This document shows positions 24,776 through 31,062 of a stretch of DNA of 31,062 nt, in pieces (positions within the stretch are counted from its first letter, which is position 1; the number at the start of each line of letters is the position of its first letter). Under the pieces are notes generated by a model. That model searched no databases. It was given only the letters and a program-made list of their open reading frames with translations, and was not told the origin of the DNA. Source of the DNA: a virus (Duplodnaviria; Caudoviricetes). Location of the stretch: the IMG/VR virus record IMGVR_UViG_3300026270_000016, positions 1 to 31,062 of that record. The stretch is one strand, 5' to 3'. Position numbers and translations under genes: made by a program.

Positions 24776-25663
24776 TTATACCTTGATTAAGTATTCGACT
24801 AAAATAAATGGTGTTACTAGTTGGTCTAATTTTTCTTCGTCTGAGATATCAACATCAACATATGCTTGTACTCCACTCATGTCCACATTCTGTTGATCAT
24901 ATGAGTAAACAAAGTTATGTGCATATGTTGTAGGTCTTGTAATAATATGATCGTGAACTGACTCAGCACCACCATCAGAGGTGAAATCTAAGAGGTTACC
25001 ACCACCAGAGTTAGCTAACCTTTGTGCATAGTCTTTACCACCAACAGAGGAAGTTTCATGCTGACGACTGTAGTTTAAATATTTCTGGTTAGACTGGTGT
25101 GCATGACCTTGGAAGTTATCAATGTTTAGAGTAGTATCAGCAGTAGATCTTTGTACAGTATATCTAGGGTTTCCAAGCATATTAAGATCACCAGAAGCTG
25201 ATATTCTTGCATTACCAATATAGTCAGCACTAATTCTATTTCCAAAGTTACTAATTACTTCAATTTGTGGTCCCACTCTGTTTTGTGGTGTACCAGTTTC
25301 ATTATCTAATTCAATAATATCATTTGAATATAAACCTGTACCTCTACCACCAATAATTACTTTAGATCCAAGATCTGGTAATTGAAACTGACCCAAATCT
25401 CCAATAGAAATATCTTCTGGTCTTAATACTTGATTATCTTTTCTAAATCTAGATTCATCACCAACACCCAATATTTTTGACAATGCAAGAAAGTCCTTTG
25501 CATTTTGTATTGATCCATCACATCTCAAATATCCTGCTGGTAACAAATTTTTAAATGTAACAGCATTAGGGTCATTTGAACTACCAATTCCACCTGTGGA
25601 ATGTACAATAATACTTCCACACATGCCCCCGTATCTTGCTTTTTGATTAGCGTAATTTGCCAT
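24776..25663 (-). CDS. Tail-collar domain / short tail fibre-like protein
   Basis: PAGYLRCDGS...FQLPDL, HAH/HDH, C-terminal EYLIKV. Confidence 0.85.
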   Translation of the reverse strand: MANYANQKARYGGMCGSIIVHSTGGIGSSNDPNAVTFKNLLPAGYLRCDGSIQNAKDFLALSKILGVGDESRFRKDNQVLRPEDISIGDLGQFQLPDLGSKVIIGGRGTGLYSNDIIELDNETGTPQNRVGPQIEVISNFGNRISADYIGNARISASGDLNMLGNPRYTVQRSTADTTLNIDNFQGHAHQSNQKYLNYSRQHETSSVGGKDYAQRLANSGGGNLLDFTSDGGAESVHDHIITRPTTYAHNFVYSYDQQNVDMSGVQAYVDVDISDEEKLDQLVTPFILVEYLIKV

Positions 25664-26919
25664 TAGTATGCTCGGATAATATACACGATTGTTAACGAAG
25701 GTTGGCTAGTGTTCATGCTGATTTCTAATGCACCAACATTACTTATGTTATCTAGTACAGTAGTTACTGGAATGTTAACATCAGCAGTCAATCTAGACTG
25801 TGGTTTTAAACTATTTTGATCAAAAATTACAGAGAATGGATCATGTGTATGTGCTTGAATACTATCATCCAACCAGTCAGAACCAACATTACTTACAAAT
25901 GAACCAAAGTTACCAGATGCTAAGGCATCAGGATAATAGTTTCTCATTCCTTGTGGAACTGTAATATTAGTTCCAAAAATACCATAAGGAATAATATCAC
26001 CACTAGTTAACTGTTCATATGTAAATTCTCCTTGGTTTGCAATACTAGTTTGTCTTACAACCTGTGGTGATAAGTTAACAGGTGGGTTTTCACCTCTTGC
26101 TCCCATAACTGTTCTACCTGGTAAACCAGAGTTAGCACCAGTAAAGTTTCCAAATTGGTTCCAACTACCAGAGTCTACTAACTGAACATTTCCTTTTTCC
26201 CATGTAAGTCCTAATCTAACATAGTCAATTTTTCTATCACCACCAGATATACCAAGGATAATAGTTCTTTCATCATAAGAAGCATAGTTAAATGATGCTG
26301 TGATGTTATCATAAGGAATAACACCAAGACCTGGCCTTGTTCTATCTGCTTCTAGCATTGTTTCATAGATGCCAGGATGACTATGAGTTCTAATATGTTG
26401 GTGACCTAGTTTTCTACCACCAACAAATACTGATTTCTCAGCAATACCATCTATAATAGTATTTCCACTAATATTACCACTATAACCATTTCTATCGTTA
26501 AGTGTAAACTCAACGTCAGTTCTAACATCATTAAAGACACTAGGAATACCATTATCAGTATTTTCACCAATGAATGGTTCAATCAATAATCTTGCATCAG
26601 AATCAGTATCAATTGGATCACCAGTACCAGTAGAAGCATCAAAGTAATCACCTTCAATGTCCATGAGTGTCCTACCTGTTAACAAATCAGGGAGAACAAA
26701 TTGTCCCGTATATGCTGGGAATGCTCCCCCTAAGTTTGATGATCCTTGATTATAAGTGTCGCCAATAACCTGTACCAGTAGTGGATAATCTTTTGCATCG
26801 GGTGTTGTCCCGTCACAAATGATCCACCCTTTAGGGATCTCACTAAGAGATCCCGACCAAGGCATAATCGTGCCGATAACGGCAGCTTTCATTGTTCTTG
26901 TTTCTTGGTAAAAAGGCAT
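25663..26919 (-). CDS. Tail-collar domain / short tail fibre-like protein
   Basis: IGTIMPWSG...IPKGWIICDG...IGDTY...FVLPDL, HSH/HTH, YIIRAY; start revised to MPFYQE. Confidence 0.87.
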   Translation of the reverse strand: MPFYQETRTMKAAVIGTIMPWSGSLSEIPKGWIICDGTTPDAKDYPLLVQVIGDTYNQGSSNLGGAFPAYTGQFVLPDLLTGRTLMDIEGDYFDASTGTGDPIDTDSDARLLIEPFIGENTDNGIPSVFNDVRTDVEFTLNDRNGYSGNISGNTIIDGIAEKSVFVGGRKLGHQHIRTHSHPGIYETMLEADRTRPGLGVIPYDNITASFNYASYDERTIILGISGGDRKIDYVRLGLTWEKGNVQLVDSGSWNQFGNFTGANSGLPGRTVMGARGENPPVNLSPQVVRQTSIANQGEFTYEQLTSGDIIPYGIFGTNITVPQGMRNYYPDALASGNFGSFVSNVGSDWLDDSIQAHTHDPFSVIFDQNSLKPQSRLTADVNIPVTTVLDNISNVGALEISMNTSQPSLTIVYIIRAY

Positions 26920-26924
26920 TTGAT

Positions 26925-29900
26925 TTATACGTCTGTGAGATACCAACCAACTAAGGAAGAAGGTGCGCCAGGTGCTCCATCTGGTGTGGAATTACCAGCA
27001 TAAACAAGACTGAACGCTGCGTTTGGAGTCTGTACAACTAGTTCACCACCATTGTATCCAGCGAATGCTGATGGTGCGATACCCTGAAGAACAGTGGATC
27101 CAGTATTAGATGTTTCACCCTGAACTCTCATATTATCAACTGCTCTAACAACCATACTCTGGTTATATGATAGACTACCACTAATATCTATAATGCGAAT
27201 CTCATCGCCCATTTCAGGGTTAGCAGGAAGTCTAATCAAGGTGTTACCAGTACAGTTAACAAAGTAGTTAACATTTGATTCAACATCAAAGTTATCGTCT
27301 GCCTTATAGAGCCACTTACGTGCTCCAGTCTGGGAGAAGAAGTTCTGAATTCCAGCAATCTTAACTGAACCATCGTTGTCAACAGCGAAGATTTCATCTC
27401 CTTCTGTTGCATATGCAGTGGTCTCTCCAGCATATACTGTGAGGTCTCCACCACGGATGAATGCATCACCAGCAACATCGATATCACCACCAAATGTAGA
27501 TGTTCCTGTTCCAAGAGCAGAGAACGAACCATAAGTGGTAAAGTCACCTGAAGAATTATTAAAGGTCAATCTTGGAGTAGTTCCATCTTCACCAAAGATA
27601 TTAATATCACCACCATTGATCGTTAGATCACCAGTTGCAGTATCAACTTCAAGAGTTGTTCTTAATGGAATGCCAGTTGCACCACCATTTGTAAGTCTGA
27701 ACCACTGCTGACCTTCTATAACAGAACCGTTAACAGTGAAGGTATTCTCAACAGTAAGTGTTCCAGCGATATTAGTATCACCACTGTTAGAATCAACAGT
27801 GAACTTATTGAATCCAGATCCAGCAGCAATGTTACCAAAGATGTAAGTGTCACCAGTAGTAGACTCAACCTTGAATGTTGTAGCAGCAGGATCACCACCA
27901 TCATTAACAATCAAGGATTGTGGTGAAGTAGTAATTAGTTCTACAATAGAAACGAATTCAGTTGCTGATAATCTAAAGAAGTCTTGAGTGGAAATAGTAC
28001 CACCAAACTCTGCAACACCAATGTTAATATCAGTAGTACCAGCACCAATACCAGTTAAAGGTTCATCGAGTTCACCGTTATTATCAAGGTCAGAACCAGT
28101 AATATAAGAAGCATTAGATTGCTTATCAAGTTTCGCGATAACACAGTTATCTGGGTGATCAGTACCTGCATTAGTTCCATCAATTCCTCTGGTAACAATT
28201 AACCTGAAACCTTGTGAATCCTCAGGGTTAGAAATGTTATCAATACCAACAACCTGTAGAATTTCAGATTTAGATTCATCTGCTGTATAGCCTGCAACAG
28301 GTTGACCAGCAGAAGTAACAGGACCAATGAATCTGTCGATTAAGAGAAGATCACCAATTTGGAAGTCAGTAACAGATGGTGTAGTAATTGGTAAGTAGTA
28401 GTTAACACCTGAACTATTAACACCATTGACTTGGAAGGTAAGGTCTCCACCACCACCTCCACCTAACTGGGAGTCAGTAATAGTTAGAGTTTCATTGTCT
28501 GCATATCCTTCACCACCAGACTCAATCGTAATTTCGATAGTAAAGTCAAAGCGGATAAGAACTGAGAATGCTGCACCTTTACCATTTGCACTAGCCTGTG
28601 CATCAAGGAATTGATATGTACCAGGTTGCCTTGAAGTACCACCATTGTTAGTGATGTTATCAATAGCAGCAATCTGACCACCAGCAACTAGGAATTGACT
28701 TGAACCCCATGGTGCAACACCACCAGTATCAATTCTTCTACCAGTTGGTTCATATTTGTAGAAGTCAATGTTTGGATTCTCTACACCACCCACAAGATGT
28801 GGAGCAGGGGTTGTACCAAACTTACCTCTTCCGATCTTAATAATACCAGCATTCAAACCACCGTCTAGTCTGATATTACCTTCAACGATTGCAGAAGCAA
28901 GAACATTTAAGGTGTTTCTGATGAATGTAGTACCACCAGTTGAACCCATGGTGAACGTGGTTGCGTTCGTTGCAAGGTTAACAGTGTTGGTAGATGTACC
29001 ATCGAATGCATTAACAGTTCTAGTCTGAGAGAAGATTCTGGATGTACTTGTGCCAGCTCCATAACCTGTACCAAATTCAATCTGACCAGCAAATCCAGAG
29101 TAGAATGTACCAATCTTAGTGCTTGACTTACCAGGTGAACTAGTTGCGAAACCACCACCAATTCTGATATCACACTCAGAAGTATTAGCCTCAGAAACAG
29201 TACCAATATCTGCAGTAAACTTATTACTATTTCTGGCAAAGTTAAGAGTAGCAGTTGATGCAGTTTCTGCAATCAACCATGTAGTAGTAGGTGAAGAACC
29301 ACCAATCGTGAATGTCTGCGGAGTACTCGCATTATTCATCATATTGAAGATCTGACCTTCACCCGCCCAGTTTAGGATCTGAGCATCATTATTAACAAAG
29401 TTGAATGAAGAGTTAGTAGTAGTAATATCTCCACCATTAACTTCAATATCAGATGTAAATGCAGTATCACCAGAGAATCTAGAGTCACCAATAACAACGA
29501 AGCTTCTGTCTAGTTCTAACTGTGGGTTAACAGTATCAGTTGTCTTAGTATTGATACCAACACGACCACCGTTAGTAGTCATGACACGTAAAGTTGCAGT
29601 CTCGTCAGGATCGCTACTATCACCACCAACCAAGAATGCGTTATTTTCCTCAGTTTCAGTCTTAATAGTAGTGGTATCTGATAGGTAACTATTAATGGTC
29701 TTACCACTAATGAATGCAGTACCAACAACATCTAAGTTTGCTCTAGGTTCTTGCTCTATTGAAGTGAATGCATCTAGACAAGCAACATGGTCAGTACGTG
29801 CAATGGTGTTAACACCAAGTTTGTAATTACCAATATTCTCTGTGTCAGTTCTTAATGCTTCAGCACCAATTACACCGTACTCCTTCCAGTTAGAGTTAGA

Positions 29901-31062
29901 GAACTCAACCTTAATTGGAGGATTACCAGTAGCAACAGCTGGAAGTACATCACCTGCCCAGTTTAGAAGATCAGCACCAATGTTATTATTAACTTGGAAG
30001 TAAACGTAGTTCTTAGAAGAACTGAATGAATCACCATTAGGTGAGAATACCAACCAAGTAGAGTTTAATAATGGATCGATATAATTACTGATCTTAATTG
30101 AAGATGCAGATTCAATACCAAGTTGTCCACAAGTAACAGGTGCTCCTTGCTGATCCTTGAATTCAAGTCTAACTACGTTAGTACCATCAAACTGAATCGT
30201 AAAGATATTGCTATCAAGGATTGTGGTAAAGTAGTTTGCATAGATCCAACCAAGTGAACCAGTCTTACCAACCTCAATACCCTTGAGTAAGATATCACCA
30301 GTTCCTGCTGTTACACCGTTATAGTCTACGAACTGGTTAGTTTGTAGTCTAGTTCCGCCGTTAGCAATTAGATTACTGTTATTAGGTGTGATGTTAGAAG
30401 GAAGACCACCACTAATATGTGTCTGGATCTGATACTTCTGACCTTTACCTCTAGAGTTAAATCCAAAGACTGCAGCATCTACTCTGTTCTTACTGATACG
30501 AATATCACCATCAAGAGGATTACCAGGTCCAGTCCATGAAATTCTATCTAATGACTCATCTTGTGGTAAGTTAGTAACAGGGTCAGTAGGAGATACGTTA
30601 GATCTAATAATTAATGCATCTCTAGTCTCAGTTAAATCATTATCCTGAACAGAAATGACTACAGGAGACTGGAATACGTTCTGTTGTGAACCATCGCCAC
30701 CAACAACTGTAATATTCTGGTTGAATGTTACAGGTGTATCGAACGATGTAACGAGGTTACCGATATCCTCATCATCATCGTCACTATCCTGAAGAACTGC
30801 CGCCTCTAGGAATGTCTCTTGACCAGTAATAGCATTAATCTTTCTATTACCGATGTATAGGTCACCATTACTGTTAAGACCAGTATAGAAGACGATACCA
30901 CCATCTTCTTTCTTACTTTGAGCGTAGAAGTCCTCTGTAGGAGTTAGAACAATCTCTTGACGTGCTGGTAGACCAGTTGAGTAGTTACCTGGACCAAAAC
31001 CGAGATATTCAAATGTGTGGTTACCTGCTCTTGCGATAGATGGTCGTCTCAGTTCAACATAA
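26925..31062 (-). CDS. Giant virion structural (tail/baseplate-associated) protein, 5'-truncated by the window
   Basis: Frame is open without stops from 31061 (YVELRRPSIARAGNHTFEYLGFGPGNYSTG...) to 26925, 1378 aa in window; C-terminal LPANP..GDEIRIID motif. Confidence 0.88.
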   Translation of the reverse strand, partial: YVELRRPSIARAGNHTFEYLGFGPGNYSTGLPARQEIVLTPTEDFYAQSKKEDGGIVFYTGLNSNGDLYIGNRKINAITGQETFLEAAVLQDSDDDDEDIGNLVTSFDTPVTFNQNITVVGGDGSQQNVFQSPVVISVQDNDLTETRDALIIRSNVSPTDPVTNLPQDESLDRISWTGPGNPLDGDIRISKNRVDAAVFGFNSRGKGQKYQIQTHISGGLPSNITPNNSNLIANGGTRLQTNQFVDYNGVTAGTGDILLKGIEVGKTGSLGWIYANYFTTILDSNIFTIQFDGTNVVRLEFKDQQGAPVTCGQLGIESASSIKISNYIDPLLNSTWLVFSPNGDSFSSSKNYVYFQVNNNIGADLLNWAGDVLPAVATGNPPIKVEFSNSNWKEYGVIGAEALRTDTENIGNYKLGVNTIARTDHVACLDAFTSIEQEPRANLDVVGTAFISGKTINSYLSDTTTIKTETEENNAFLVGGDSSDPDETATLRVMTTNGGRVGINTKTTDTVNPQLELDRSFVVIGDSRFSGDTAFTSDIEVNGGDITTTNSSFNFVNNDAQILNWAGEGQIFNMMNNASTPQTFTIGGSSPTTTWLIAETASTATLNFARNSNKFTADIGTVSEANTSECDIRIGGGFATSSPGKSSTKIGTFYSGFAGQIEFGTGYGAGTSTSRIFSQTRTVNAFDGTSTNTVNLATNATTFTMGSTGGTTFIRNTLNVLASAIVEGNIRLDGGLNAGIIKIGRGKFGTTPAPHLVGGVENPNIDFYKYEPTGRRIDTGGVAPWGSSQFLVAGGQIAAIDNITNNGGTSRQPGTYQFLDAQASANGKGAAFSVLIRFDFTIEITIESGGEGYADNETLTITDSQLGGGGGGDLTFQVNGVNSSGVNYYLPITTPSVTDFQIGDLLLIDRFIGPVTSAGQPVAGYTADESKSEILQVVGIDNISNPEDSQGFRLIVTRGIDGTNAGTDHPDNCVIAKLDKQSNASYITGSDLDNNGELDEPLTGIGAGTTDINIGVAEFGGTISTQDFFRLSATEFVSIVELITTSPQSLIVNDGGDPAATTFKVESTTGDTYIFGNIAAGSGFNKFTVDSNSGDTNIAGTLTVENTFTVNGSVIEGQQWFRLTNGGATGIPLRTTLEVDTATGDLTINGGDINIFGEDGTTPRLTFNNSSGDFTTYGSFSALGTGTSTFGGDIDVAGDAFIRGGDLTVYAGETTAYATEGDEIFAVDNDGSVKIAGIQNFFSQTGARKWLYKADDNFDVESNVNYFVNCTGNTLIRLPANPEMGDEIRIIDISGSLSYNQSMVVRAVDNMRVQGETSNTGSTVLQGIAPSAFAGYNGGELVVQTPNAAFSLVYAGNSTPDGAPGAPSSLVGWYLTDV

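Noticed and set aside
17843-26919. Diversity-generating retroelement or invertible tail-fibre switch
   Set aside because: No reverse transcriptase or invertase and no near-identical template/variable repeat pair seen; the duplication is diverged at DNA level
7498-29272. Nested minus-strand alternative-frame ORFs (7498, 16795, 22296, 24048, 24333, 27236, 27716, 28484, 28907)
   Set aside because: Mostly Leu/Val/Met-rich off-frame products of biased codon usage inside long genes; no coupling or promoter support
135-29688. All + strand ORFs in the track, including the poly-Pro ORF 24281..24568
   Set aside because: Antisense shadows of minus-strand genes; poly-Pro mirrors poly-Gly codons
30051-30053. 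Start of the giant structural gene at 30053, or a frameshift upstream
   Set aside because: The frame stays open to the window end; this TTG is merely the first start-like codon inside the window

Overview
Fragment of a T4-like marine cyanophage (cyanomyovirus) genome; every credible gene is on the minus strand. In the direction of transcription (right to left) it holds three blocks. (1) A tail/baseplate structural block: the end of a giant virion protein, three tail-collar/fibre proteins, an internally duplicated Gly-rich/VWA-like protein and a tail-assembly-chaperone-like protein. (2) An accessory block with 2OG-Fe(II) oxygenases (five in the window), a tryptophan-halogenase-like flavoprotein, a beta-class DNA amino-methyltransferase and an HExxH protein. 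(3) About 9.5 kb of small early-type genes. The notable non-coding signal is 13 copies of a 24-bp imperfect palindrome (consensus TGTGACAGTT-N4-AACTGTCACA) at a nearly fixed distance upstream of a sigma70 -10 box. It is often accompanied by a stem-loop, usually overlaps the previous gene's stop codon, and in about half the copies has a mirror-image antisense promoter. Also present: a T-arm-containing structured RNA candidate (4062-4170), a second RNA candidate (517-594), a possible SAM-lyase-like early gene, three long gene overlaps and several small genes missed by the ORF track. All family calls are by motif recognition; no searches were run.
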